Assembly (NCBI GenBank): GCA_965261005.1
Contig: OZ253375.1
Location: 2,624,001 to 2,688,000, forward strand
Source: Deinococcus sp.
GTDB lineage: Bacteria > Deinococcota > Deinococci > Deinococcales > Deinococcaceae
Direction: 5' to 3'
Length of the DNA: 64,000 nucleotides
Shown here: in pieces, positions 1 through 9,388 of the stretch
How positions within the stretch are numbered: position 1 is the stretch's first letter
Layout of the letters: each line of letters opens with the position of its first letter
The notes under the pieces: generated by a model
What the model was told of the DNA's origin: nothing
The model's database searches: none
Seen by the model: the letters and a program-made list of their open reading frames with translations, nothing else
Translations under genes and position numbers: made by a program

Positions 1-91
1 GAGCGCCCCTTTGAATCGGCGTGTGTTCACTCTAGCCAAGCGGGAATGAGATGGCTGGAAGCGCCCGCTTTCAGGGCGCCGTCAACTCGCG

Positions 92-871
92 TTAGGGGCG
101 GGCGTCACCGGGGGTCAGCAGCTTGGGGTCGAGGGTCTTTTCGCGGGCGACGGCGTACAGCAGCAGGCCGTAAGCGACCTTGGACAGCAGATCGGCCAGC
201 GAGTAGCCCAGCTGAATGCTCACCTCCACCCCGGCGCCGGCGCGCACAAAAAAGGGCAGCGCGTAGATCAGCGGGTGAATGGTCCAGCCGATCAGCAGCA
301 GCCAGCGCATGTTGCCGAACAGGGCGCGCACGCGCGGCGTCTCAATGCTCAGCCCAGCGGAAAGTTCGCCCCACACCACGTATAGAATGTACAAAAACGG
401 CACGGTCGAGAGAATGCCCCATACGGCGCGCCCAGCGAGGTCCGCCGACACCTCGCCCACGTAGCCGAGCGCGATCATCAGGGCGGCGGCCCCGCTCAGG
501 CGGGCCACCAAGCTGGCGCTTTTGCGCGCGCCGATGTCGAGGACCAAGGTGGTGGCTGCCAGCAGCAGCGGCACGGTGCCCAGCCAGTCCGCGTAGCGGT
601 AGGTGTCGGTGAAGGGCGGGCCGCTCGGCGCGTACAGGCCGCCCCCAAAGCTGTGGGCCGCCGTCCAGGTGCTGAGCAGGCGCCAATAATGGTAGGCCGC
701 CATCGCGACCGCCGTCGCCATCAAGCTGAGCGACAGCCGGTAGGTTGGCGCGATCTGCGGCCGCAGCAGCACGAACAGCAGCGCCGCGCCGGCCATAAAG
801 GCCACCGTGAGGCTGAGCACGTTGAACACCAGTTGGTAGCCGTTGACCGACAGGGGCACGAGTTGCAGCAT
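92..871 (-). CDS. Microbial (type 1) rhodopsin, xanthorhodopsin-like, DTA motif
   Basis: About 7 hydrophobic helices; helix B YHY; helix C RYADWLGTVPLL; MIALGYVGE; helix G ADLLSK with the retinal-binding Lys; resembles xanthorhodopsin end to end. Confidence 0.93.
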   Translation of the reverse strand: MLQLVPLSVNGYQLVFNVLSLTVAFMAGAALLFVLLRPQIAPTYRLSLSLMATAVAMAAYHYWRLLSTWTAAHSFGGGLYAPSGPPFTDTYRYADWLGTVPLLLAATTLVLDIGARKSASLVARLSGAAALMIALGYVGEVSADLAGRAVWGILSTVPFLYILYVVWGELSAGLSIETPRVRALFGNMRWLLLIGWTIHPLIYALPFFVRAGAGVEVSIQLGYSLADLLSKVAYGLLLYAVAREKTLDPKLLTPGDARP

Positions 872-878
872 GAACCCT

Positions 879-943
879 CCAGAAAGACAAGCCAGAAAGA
901 TAAGAGTGGGGCAGAATTCAAAAAGATAAGCCGGAAAGACAAG
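879..943. repeat. 13-bp periodic direct repeats (core AAAGAYAAG) upstream of the opsin
   Basis: ccagaaagacaag 879-891, ccagaaagataag 892-904, tcaaaaagataag 918-930, ccggaaagacaag 931-943. Confidence 0.7.
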
Positions 944-956
944 ACAGGAAGGCAGC

Positions 957-1787
957 TCAGGAAACGCGCTTCAGAAATGCGCCGGCCTGCTCGGCGCCGG
1001 CCACGCGCCTGACTTGGCCCGCCAAAAATTGGCGCAGTTCCTGAGCGTTCTTGTGGGCGTGGTCGCGGCGCATCAGGTTCACGAAGCGCGCGGCGCGCTC
1101 GTCGAGGTGTTCGGCCATGGCCTCCTCGAAGGCCAGCCATAGCAGGTCGGCGCCGGGGCCGGAATCACCTGTGTCCGGCGGCTCCGGCGCGCCGGGCAGG
1201 CCCTCCAGCTCGTCGCGCGCCTCGCTAAAGGCGACGGTGGGCAGCGCGCGTGGCGTCCAGCGCAGCTGGGTCAGGCGGCAGCCCGAAACGCTGCCGGGCC
1301 AAGCCGGCCCGGACGTCCGCACGCCGGCGCGCAGCCACCACACCAGCAGCGCGTCGCCGGTTTCGAGCGCCACGCTTCCCTCGTAGTTGGCGCGGGTCAG
1401 CTCGGCGATCAAGCGCGGGCGCTCGGCGCCGAGGACGGTGCGCACGCTTTCGGGCCTGCCGTCCACGGCGGCGCAGGCGAGCGCTTGGCTTTCCGCGCCC
1501 AGCTTGACCACGGTCACTTGGCTGTCACCCGATTGGCGCGTCAGCGTGGACGCCGCCTCGGCCGCGCCTAAATCGCCGAACTGGGCATGGACGCAGCGCC
1601 CCCCCTGAAACAGCAGCTGGCCGTCGCCCTGAAGCGACTTGATGTCCAGCAAGCCCGAGAACTGCGCGCTCTGCAATTGCAAGATGAGTTGGAACAGCGA
1701 CCGCTTGGGAAAGACCTTGGCATCGAGGGGCCAGCTGACCAGCAGGGGCAAGACGGTCGCTGCGGCCGAACCGGACGCCCCGTTCAC
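957..1787 (-). CDS. Hypothetical protein with DUF4388/PATAN-like repeats
   Basis: LFQLILQLQSAQFSGLLDI...GQLLFQGGRCVHA pattern and a second copy LTRANYEGSVAL. Confidence 0.6.
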   Translation of the reverse strand: MNGASGSAAATVLPLLVSWPLDAKVFPKRSLFQLILQLQSAQFSGLLDIKSLQGDGQLLFQGGRCVHAQFGDLGAAEAASTLTRQSGDSQVTVVKLGAESQALACAAVDGRPESVRTVLGAERPRLIAELTRANYEGSVALETGDALLVWWLRAGVRTSGPAWPGSVSGCRLTQLRWTPRALPTVAFSEARDELEGLPGAPEPPDTGDSGPGADLLWLAFEEAMAEHLDERAARFVNLMRRDHAHKNAQELRQFLAGQVRRVAGAEQAGAFLKRVS

Positions 1788-1951
1788 GCCGGTTTGTCCG
1801 AAAAGGTCAAGGGCGTCTCATATATTTGCTGATACGGTTGCCGCATAGTTTAAGCCCTTCTCACTTTAGTAAGTCTTTCAGGAAGTGCCGCAGCAAATAT
1901 TACATGACATGCCCTTCTCATTCTCCCTTGTCCGCCGGTTAGACTGCTGAG

Positions 1952-3040
1952 GTGGCCGTCACCCCCGCCCAGCTGCGCGCCCACGCCCTGACGCGCTCGC
2001 TGCCGCCCAAAACCGACTTGATGGGCGCTGTTCTAGGCCTCGGCTACGTGCAGGCCGACCCGATCCGCGCGCCCGCGCGGGCGCAGGACCTGATTTTGAT
2101 GCAGCGGGTGCGCGGCTACAAGGCGGGCGATCTGGAGCGGCGCTACCCGCAGCTCGACCTCGAAGAGGAGCTGCTCCACAACTACGGCTTTGTGCCAAGG
2201 GAGGTGCGCGGCTTGCTCCATCCCCGCGCGGGGCGTGACCTCAGAATCCAGCGCGACGCGCCGGGCCTCACGGAGCGGGTGCTGGTCTTCGTGCGCGAAC
2301 GCGGCCCCGTTCACCCGCGCCAGTTGGACGCGTACTTCGGCAAGACCAGCGTGGGCAACGCTTGGGGCGGCACGTCCAGCGCCGGCACCCGCGCGCTGGA
2401 CGCCCTGCACTACGCGGGCCAGCTGCGGGTGGCGCGGCGCGAGGGGGGCGTCAAGGTGTTCGAGGTCGCGCCCCGCGCCGAGGAAGCGCTTTCCCCAGCT
2501 GAGCGGGCGAGGGCGCTTATCGAGCTGCTGCTGCGCCAATACGCGCCCTTGCCGCAGGCGAGCCTGGGCTATCTGGTCTCGCTGCTGACCAGCGGCGTGC
2601 CGCAGCTGAAAAGCGAGCTGAGGGGCGCCCTCAAGCAGATTGAGGCCGAGCGCGCGGTTGTGGACGGCGTGACGTACCTGTGGCCGGTGGGGGAGACCCC
2701 AGAGGGGGACGCGCCAAGCGGCAAGGTCCGCTTGCTGGCCCCCTTCGATCCCCTCGTGTGGGACCGCCGCCGCTTCGCCCACCTGCACGGCTGGACCTAC
2801 AAGTTCGAGGCGTACACCCCGGCGCACAAGCGGGTTCTGGGCTACTACGCGCTGCCGCTGCTGTGGGGCGAGCGCGCGGTCGGCTGGGCCAATCTGAAGG
2901 TGATCGGGGGAGCGTTGACGGCGCAGCTCGGCTTCGCGAACGGGCGACCGAAAACAAAAACGTTTGAGCGCGCCCTTGAGGCCGAACTGCTGCGCCACGC
3001 GGCCTTTTTGGGCGTGCCGCTGGGCGCCTCCGGGGGATGA
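1952..3040 (+). CDS. YcaQ/AlkZ-like winged-helix DNA glycosylase family protein (HTH_42)
   Basis: N-terminal QADP (QxD) motif; C-terminal LLAPFDPLVWDRRR and YKFEAYTP..KR..GYYALP. Confidence 0.85.
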   Translation: MAVTPAQLRAHALTRSLPPKTDLMGAVLGLGYVQADPIRAPARAQDLILMQRVRGYKAGDLERRYPQLDLEEELLHNYGFVPREVRGLLHPRAGRDLRIQRDAPGLTERVLVFVRERGPVHPRQLDAYFGKTSVGNAWGGTSSAGTRALDALHYAGQLRVARREGGVKVFEVAPRAEEALSPAERARALIELLLRQYAPLPQASLGYLVSLLTSGVPQLKSELRGALKQIEAERAVVDGVTYLWPVGETPEGDAPSGKVRLLAPFDPLVWDRRRFAHLHGWTYKFEAYTPAHKRVLGYYALPLLWGERAVGWANLKVIGGALTAQLGFANGRPKTKTFERALEAELLRHAAFLGVPLGASGG

Positions 3041-3093
3041 GAAGTTCGGGTGTAAGGAAGTTGTGAGCTTCGGGCGGATAAGCTGGCCCCCAT

Positions 3094-3408
3094 ATGAAGT
3101 ACGTTTTCGCGGAACCCACGACCATGACCCTGCGGGTCACCATCGGTGAGGTGACGCTGCGCCTCACCCCCGCCGACGCGCGGACCTTCGCCCACCTGCT
3201 GCGCCAGCCGCCCGCGTGCGGGCTGCTGTGGCGCGACGCCGCCGACGCGGCCCACCTGATCGAACTGCGCGCCGCGCCGGGGGGCACCGAGTTGCGTGAC
3301 CCCGGCGCGGCGGGGGGCGAGTGGATTCCCTGGCTGATCGCGGTGGACGTGGCCGGCGACATCACCGGCAGCTTGGGCGCCCTCAAGCTGGCCCACGCCT
3401 CGGATTGA
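3094..3408 (+). CDS. Hypothetical protein
   Basis: ATG start, host-like codon usage, fills the intergenic gap. Confidence 0.6.
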   Translation: MKYVFAEPTTMTLRVTIGEVTLRLTPADARTFAHLLRQPPACGLLWRDAADAAHLIELRAAPGGTELRDPGAAGGEWIPWLIAVDVAGDITGSLGALKLAHASD

Positions 3409-3423
3409 AGCGCGCTTAACTTT

Positions 3424-4287
3424 TCAGTGGCGGGCGTCCAAAGGCTGCTGCCCGCCCGGCCAGGTGTCGCGCCGCCACGGGCTGTCCGGATGTTCGAGGA
3501 GCCAAGTCACGGCCTGCGCGTAGCGCTTGTGCATCTGCGCGCCCAACAGTCCGCCCGACTTCCAAAACTGCGCGCCGGCCAGAAAGCTGTGCCCGAACGC
3601 TTCCCAGCTTGAAAACGTGTCTTGGGCCAGCGCGGCGCAGTGCCGCAACACCCGCCAAGCCTCCTGCTCGCTGAGGTAGCCGAGCGCGTGCGCCTGCGCC
3701 GCGACGTCCACCGCCCGCGAGAAGTCAAAGGCCGCGCCGCCGGCCTCGCCAACTTGCCCTTCCCACCTGCGAACCACGTCCGCGAGGCGCTTGTTGAGCT
3801 GCGGCTCCCCATTTGCAAGCGCCCGCCGCACCCGCGTGTAGTTGGTACGGTGCCCGGTGTTCAGCAGCCAAGCGATCTTTTCCGTCGCGCTGGCGTGGTC
3901 GCTGACGTCCCAGCCGTCCGCCAGGCTCTTGCGAAGCTGCTCTTCTTGCCCCGCCGGAGGGGTCAGGCGGTAAAACAGGTCCAGCGCCCGCCCGTCCTCC
4001 GGCTGTGCGAAGAGGTCCAGCCAGATTTCGGTGAAGGGCGCGCGCAAGCCCAGCGCCAAGCGGTCCGCCGCCGTCAGCTGCGCGGCGGCCGTCTCAATGC
4101 GCGCTTCGCGCTCCACTTGCGCGCTCGCTTGTTCGCGCGCCCGCTCGGCGCGGGCGACCTTCTGCTCCGCCTTGGCGTCGTCCAGCCCCTCCTTTGCGCC
4201 CTCCGCCACCGCCTTGCCCGCCCACCACAAGACGGCGATGACAGCTACGACGACGACGGGAATGAGAAGCCGCAACACATTGTCCAT
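3424..4287 (-). CDS. Membrane-anchored DUF1266-like protein
   Basis: N-terminal TM; LADGWDV, AFDFSR, LGYLSEQEAW, FSSWEAFGHSFLAGAQFW, SPW motifs. Confidence 0.75.
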   Translation of the reverse strand: MDNVLRLLIPVVVVAVIAVLWWAGKAVAEGAKEGLDDAKAEQKVARAERAREQASAQVEREARIETAAAQLTAADRLALGLRAPFTEIWLDLFAQPEDGRALDLFYRLTPPAGQEEQLRKSLADGWDVSDHASATEKIAWLLNTGHRTNYTRVRRALANGEPQLNKRLADVVRRWEGQVGEAGGAAFDFSRAVDVAAQAHALGYLSEQEAWRVLRHCAALAQDTFSSWEAFGHSFLAGAQFWKSGGLLGAQMHKRYAQAVTWLLEHPDSPWRRDTWPGGQQPLDARH

Positions 4288-4329
4288 GTCTTAAGTTAAC
4301 ATGAGAATGTATAAAAGCCTTCCGGCCCT

Positions 4330-4932
4330 TCACAGCCAGCCCTTTTCGCGCGCCGTTCTGGCCGCCTCCACCCTGGTCTTGGCGCCCAGCTTTTGCAGCG
4401 CCTCCGACAGGTAGTTGCGCACGGTGCCCTCGGACAGGTTCAGCTGCTCGGCGATGTGCCCGCTGGTGTGGCCCGCCTCGGCCAGGCGCAGCACCTGGCG
4501 CTCGCGCTCGGTCAGGGGGTCATGCGCGTCCCAGGCTTCGCCGGCGAGTTCCGGGTCAATGGCGCGCCCGCCCGCGTTGACGCGCCGGATGGCGCCGGCG
4601 AGTTCGTCCGCCGGCGCGTCCTTGAGCAGGTAGCCGCGCGCCCCAACCTCCAGCGCCCGCCGCAGGTAGCCGGGCCGGGCGAAGGTCGTTAGGATTACCA
4701 CCCGCACGCTTGGCATACTTTCCCTGAGCCTCGCCGCCAAGTCCAGGCCCGACAAGCGCGGCATCTCGATGTCGGTCACGACCACGTCCGGCGCGAGCCG
4801 CGCGGCCAGCTCCAGCGCCTCCTCACCGTCCCCCGCCTGCCCCACCACCTCGATGTCCCCCTCCAATTGCAGCAGCGCGCTGAGGGCGCCCAGCACCATG
4901 CCCTGGTCCTCGGCGATCAGGACGCGGATCAA
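4330..4932 (-). CDS. NarL/DesR-family response regulator
   Basis: IRVLIAEDQ receiver, DIEMP phosphoacceptor, LuxR HTH LSEGTVRNY; TTG start overlaps the kinase stop. Confidence 0.93.
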   Translation of the reverse strand: MIRVLIAEDQGMVLGALSALLQLEGDIEVVGQAGDGEEALELAARLAPDVVVTDIEMPRLSGLDLAARLRESMPSVRVVILTTFARPGYLRRALEVGARGYLLKDAPADELAGAIRRVNAGGRAIDPELAGEAWDAHDPLTERERQVLRLAEAGHTSGHIAEQLNLSEGTVRNYLSEALQKLGAKTRVEAARTAREKGWL

Positions 4933-6053
4933 GCCCGGACCTCCCGGATGTGCGGCTCGGTTTGGGGCACAACCTGGGGAAAGCGTGCCAGCAAGCGCGT
5001 GCCCGCCTCGCCCCCCCGCGCCAGCGTGCCGCCCACCGCACGCACCCGCTCGCGCATGCCGGTCAGGCCGGTGCCCTCGCGCGCCAAGCCGCCCACGCCG
5101 TTGTCGCTCACCTCCAGCTCGAAGTCGCCGCCCATACGCCCCAGCCGCACCTTGCAGCGCGTCGCCCCGGCGTGGCGCACCACGTTGGTGATGGCCTCGC
5201 GCAGCACCATCTCCATGGTCGCCTCGATGGGCCTGGGCAAGTCCAGCACCTCGCCGTCGTACTCCAGCGCGACGCTCGCCGCGTCGAGGGCCACCTTGGC
5301 GCGCCCGAGTTCGGAGGCAAGGCCGCTGCCCCGGTAGCCGCGCACGGCGGCGCGCACCTCCGAGAGGGCCTCGCGCGAGATGCGCTCCACCTCGCGGATT
5401 TCCTGGGCCGCCCGCGCAGGGTCGCGCGCCGAGAGCTTGGACGCCAGCTCGCTCTTGAGGACGATCACGCTGAGGGTGTGTCCCAACAGGTCGTGGAGAT
5501 CGCGCCCGATGCGCTCGCGCTCGGCGAGCTGAGCCAGCTTCTCCTTTTCGAGCTGGCTGACCCGCAGCCTCTCGTTGGCGACGAAGCGCTTGTGCGAAGC
5601 GAAGTTGGCGTACCAGCCGACCAGGGCGAAGGCGATGTACGGGACGACTTCCCAGAAGGGCACGCCGCGTCCGAACCAGACGGGCGCCATCATGGCGCTC
5701 AGACACAAAAACAGTCCCCAGCCGGCCACGACAATGCTCTCGGTGGCGCCGATCAGGGAGGCGGCGTAGATGGGAAAGGTGACGCCGCTCATGCCGACGA
5801 CCGGATAGCCCAGCGCGAACAGCGCCAGACACAGCACAAAGCCGCCCACCTTCCAGCGCAGATCGTCTTGCCGGCTCCACAAAAAGGCGCGCGTGTAGAT
5901 CAGCAAAAAGAGCGTAAGGCACAGGCCGGCGGCGACGTTCACGGCGGCGGGGCGCGGTTTGCTCAGGAACTCCGCGATGGGGAAGAACAGGTAGACCAAG
6001 AACACCAGCGGGAAGAAGTCCCAAAAGGTCCATGTGTGCGCCCGTGTTCTCAT
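4929..6053 (-). CDS. DesK-like sensor histidine kinase (HisKA_3)
   Basis: TM region, ERERIGRDLHDLLGHTLS, REAITNVVRHA, DNGVG, GTGLTGMRER. Confidence 0.93.
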   Translation of the reverse strand: MRTRAHTWTFWDFFPLVFLVYLFFPIAEFLSKPRPAAVNVAAGLCLTLFLLIYTRAFLWSRQDDLRWKVGGFVLCLALFALGYPVVGMSGVTFPIYAASLIGATESIVVAGWGLFLCLSAMMAPVWFGRGVPFWEVVPYIAFALVGWYANFASHKRFVANERLRVSQLEKEKLAQLAERERIGRDLHDLLGHTLSVIVLKSELASKLSARDPARAAQEIREVERISREALSEVRAAVRGYRGSGLASELGRAKVALDAASVALEYDGEVLDLPRPIEATMEMVLREAITNVVRHAGATRCKVRLGRMGGDFELEVSDNGVGGLAREGTGLTGMRERVRAVGGTLARGGEAGTRLLARFPQVVPQTEPHIREVRA

Positions 6054-6118
6054 CCGGTTTGCCCCCTTTCCAGTCTACAGCGGACCCGCGCTGGGCGGGT
6101 CCGCGTGAGGCTCTTTCC

Positions 6119-6916
6119 TCAGTTGAAACGCTTGTCCTCGGCGCGCTTGTAGGCCCACAGCGCCAGGACCAGGAACAGCGCGCCGTAGCCGAGCAGCCAC
6201 AGCCAGTGGCTCTCCTCGCTGCCACCCTGCGGGGCGCCAATGGTGCTCCAGCCGATCTGGGCGAAGTGGTAGACCGGGGAGTAGGGGGCCAGCTCGCGGA
6301 TGAACTGTGGCGCCTGCGACAGCGGGATAAAGAGACCCGACATAAAGGAGAGCGGGATAAACAGGAGTTGCGCGACTACGGCGGCCGAGGTTGGGTTGGC
6401 GGCGAAGCCGATGAAGAGGCCCAGCAGCACCAGCGGCACCATGCCCAGGAGCAACTTGAGAATGGCGAGAACCAGCACCGGGAAGTCGAAGCGCACCCCG
6501 CCGACCAGGAAGGCAAAGGCGACCAGCACCAGGATGGCGAGCAGGCCGATCAAGAGTCCCGCCGCGATCTTGGCCGCGAAGTAGGCGGCGGGCGGCGTGG
6601 GGGCCACCCGCAGCAGCCGGGTCCAGCCCATGCCGCGCTCGGCGGCCACGCTGACGCCGAAGGAGAACAGCGCCACCGACAGCAGCGAGTAGGCCGAGTA
6701 CGAAATCACGAAGTACTGCCCGACGCCGACCTGGCCGATGCTCTCCTTGACGTAGGGCAGCGCGAACATGGCGAAGAAGACGGTTGGAAACAGCACCGTT
6801 CCCAGCATGAACATGGGGTTGCGCGCCAGCTTCAGGAGTTCGCAGCGGGCGAGCGCGAGGGTGGCGCTCAGGGGAGAGCGCGTCGTGGGCAGGGGGGTCT
6901 GAACGGTGGTCGTCAT
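6119..6916 (-). CDS. ABC-2 type exporter permease
   Basis: Six TM segments, ERGMGW motif, follows the ATPase gene. Confidence 0.9.
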   Translation of the reverse strand: MTTTVQTPLPTTRSPLSATLALARCELLKLARNPMFMLGTVLFPTVFFAMFALPYVKESIGQVGVGQYFVISYSAYSLLSVALFSFGVSVAAERGMGWTRLLRVAPTPPAAYFAAKIAAGLLIGLLAILVLVAFAFLVGGVRFDFPVLVLAILKLLLGMVPLVLLGLFIGFAANPTSAAVVAQLLFIPLSFMSGLFIPLSQAPQFIRELAPYSPVYHFAQIGWSTIGAPQGGSEESHWLWLLGYGALFLVLALWAYKRAEDKRFN

Positions 6917-6938
6917 GATGGGTCTCCTTGGGTGGGAT

Positions 6939-7847
6939 TTACGCTTGGACGCTGGATTTGTTTGTCAGGCTGAGGAAGGCTTCTTCTAGGCTGGCGCGGG
7001 TCACGGTCAGGTCATTTATTTCTGATCCCCGCCCGAAGACGTGGGCGAGCAGCGCCTCGGGCGTCTTGGTGTGCAGGGTGGCGCCCGCTCCTTCGGTCTC
7101 GACGCGGGTGACGCCGGGCAGCGCCTGCAACTCGGCCAAGCCCAGGTTGCTGCGGAAATGCACCTTGGAGGTCTCGACGCGCGCCTTGATGGTTCCCGGC
7201 GACCCCTCGGCGATCAGCTGCCCCCCTGCAATCACGGCCACCCGGTCGGCGACGCGCTCGGCCTCTTCGAGATAGTGGGTGGTCAGGATGATGGTCTTGC
7301 TGCGCGCTTTGAAGTCCTCTATCGCCTCCCAAAAGGCGGCCCGGCTGCCGGTGTCCATCGCGGTGGTCGGCTCGTCCAGAAACAGCAGCTCCGGGTCGCC
7401 GCAGATGGCGAGGGCGAAGCTCAGCCGGCGGCGCTGGCCCCCCGACAGCCGGGCGCTCAGCTTGTCCGCCTCCCCGGTCAGGCCGGCCAACTCCAGCACC
7501 CGCCCCGCCGGCAGCGGGCGGGCGTACAAGCTGGAAAACAGCCCGACCAGCTCGCGCACTTTTAAGGTGGCGGGCAAATCGCTTTCCTGAAGCATCGCCC
7601 CGAGCTGCGCGCGGGCGGCGCTGTCCCTGGGATCGCGGCCGAAGACGCGCACCGTTCCGGTGCTGGGCGGCAGCAGGCCCAGCATCAGCGAGATGGCGGT
7701 CGTCTTGCCCGCGCCGTTGGGACCGAGCAGCGCCAGCAGCTCGCCGCGCCGGACGTGCAAGCTGAGCTGGGTCAGGGCGGGCGCGCCGCCGTAGCGCTTG
7801 CTCACGTTCTTCAGGACGACCGGCTCCGAAAGGGTTGGGGTATGCAT
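6939..7847 (-). CDS. ABC transporter ATP-binding protein
   Basis: GPNGAGKTT, LSGGQ, LFLDEPT, TTHY. Confidence 0.95.
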   Translation of the reverse strand: MHTPTLSEPVVLKNVSKRYGGAPALTQLSLHVRRGELLALLGPNGAGKTTAISLMLGLLPPSTGTVRVFGRDPRDSAARAQLGAMLQESDLPATLKVRELVGLFSSLYARPLPAGRVLELAGLTGEADKLSARLSGGQRRRLSFALAICGDPELLFLDEPTTAMDTGSRAAFWEAIEDFKARSKTIILTTHYLEEAERVADRVAVIAGGQLIAEGSPGTIKARVETSKVHFRSNLGLAELQALPGVTRVETEGAGATLHTKTPEALLAHVFGRGSEINDLTVTRASLEEAFLSLTNKSSVQA

Positions 7848-7880
7848 GCCCTCAGCTTAGAAAGCGGCCCCGAAACCTGG

Positions 7881-7920
7881 CAGTGCCGCCCGTCATGCCC
7901 GGCGGGTGACAAGCGTCATG
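7881..7920 (-). promoter_or_regulatory. Putative response-regulator binding site for the ABC/TCS operon
   Basis: Minus strand catgacgcttgtcac...gcatgacgggcggcactg: repeated ATGAC/GTCA half-sites upstream of the ATPase. Confidence 0.35.
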
Positions 7921-7986
7921 CGCCCGCCCGCGCCCTTGAAGCTTGGCGTCCCAAGCTGCTACACTCGTCCCCGGCCCGAAAAGCGG

Positions 7987-8063
<77 letters not shown>

Positions 8064-8065
<2 letters not shown>

Positions 8066-8096
8066 CAACCCCGTCTAGGACGGGGTTGTTGCTTTT
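8064..8096 (+). terminator. Intrinsic terminator after tRNA-Thr
   Basis: aacaaccccgtc-tag-gacggggttgtt hairpin followed by a T-rich tract. Confidence 0.75.
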
Positions 8097-8155
8097 GGGC
8101 CAAGTGTCACAACCGTCCGTTTTGCTCGAATCGTCACAACCGCGTCACAACTAGC

Positions 8156-9321
8156 TCAATTTGCCGCCCTGGGCTGAGGCGCCGGCCCGTACAAATCTGC
8201 CGCGCTGGGTGCGTATTCGCGGCGGTGTTCATCCCAGACATGGGCATATTCGCGCAGGGTAAAGCCGGGGTCGGCGTGGCCCAGGATGTCAGCGACCAGC
8301 TTTGTCGTGTAGCCGCGCCGAATCATAGCCGTGGCCGCCGTGTGCCGCATGTCGTGAAGCCGGATGGGGGCAAGTCTGCCTGGCCGCTGAGGGTTAGAAA
8401 GAGCCGGCGAATGTTGGAGTTGATAAGCGGCGTGCCAAGCTCGGAGACGAATACCAGGCCGCTGTCCTGCCATCCCGCGCCCAGCGCGTCCCGTTCCGCC
8501 TGTTGCCGGGCGTGGTGCGCCCTCAGCACGTCCACAGTGGACGGAGACAGGTGAATCGAACGCCGTGATGCCCGGCTCTTGGGCGGCCCAAAGCTGAGCT
8601 TCCCCTGTATCTCGGTTGCCGTCTGCCGCACCTGAAGCGCGGCCTTGTCAAAATCAACGTCTTGCCAGCGCAAGCCCTGAAGCTCGCCGCAACGCATCCC
8701 AGTAATCAGTGCGAGGTGAAAGAGGGCGTACAGCCGGTGAGGCTGGACATGGGCCAGAAAGCGCGCCACTTGGCCCGGCTCCCACACCTTCATTTCCTTC
8801 TTTTCTACCTTGGGGGCGTCTACTACGGCCACAAGATTACGCGGCAACATCTGCCACTTGACGGCCTGCCCCAGCGCGAGGCCCAGAATGGTCCGGGTAC
8901 GCCTTGCCTCACTGGCGCTGACCCCGGCGCCCACCTTACGAAGCATCTGTTCAATGTCTAGGGCGCGTAGCTTGTCGAGCTGCAAGCGGCCCAGCGCGGG
9001 CTTGAGGCGCTTCTCTATAGAGCGCGCATAATCGTCTACGCTCTTGGGCTTGAGCTGGCCGCGCTTGTGATCTAGCCACTGATCGAGGTACTGGGCGACG
9101 GTCAGGCCGTCCGTCTTGGCGAGCGTGCCGCGCTGAAGGTCGCTCACCACCCGCTGCATTCCCTCACGCGCCTCATCCTGAGTCTTGCCGCTCACCCATA
9201 CACGGTCGGGCGTGCCGTCCGGCTTCATGCCCACCGTCACGGCCGCGCGCCAGCTTACCGTCTTGCCGCTCTTGTCCTTGCGCCGGCTGATGGTGCCTTC
9301 CCCGTTCGCCCGCTTCCCCAT
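8156..9321 (-). pseudogene. int: Tyrosine integrase (ICEBs1/Tn916-like N-terminus), frameshifted
   Basis: KRANGEGTI N-terminus and TGMRCGE in ORF 8323-9321; HDMRHT, LGH and catalytic Y (LREYAH) in a different frame (8156-8473); shift falls at the G5 run 8366-8370. Confidence 0.88.
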
Positions 9322-9335
9322 GTCTTACTCCCCTA

Positions 9336-9388
9336 CACGCACAGACACGGCGAGGCGAAGTGCCTTCGCCTCGCCGTGTCTGTGCGTG
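9336..9388. repeat. Perfect 25-bp inverted repeat with 3-nt loop in the integrase leader
   Basis: CACGCACAGACACGGCGAGGCGAAG-tgc-CTTCGCCTCGCCGTGTCTGTGCGTG. Confidence 0.9.

Noticed and set aside
92..871. Xenorhodopsin or Na+/Cl- pump assignment
   Set aside because: The helix G Asp is retained (not Pro), and the helix C motif is not NDQ, NTQ or TSA
4330..6240. 636-aa ORF as a long hybrid response regulator
   Set aside because: The N-terminal part is an alternative frame over the kinase; the real gene starts at TTG 4932
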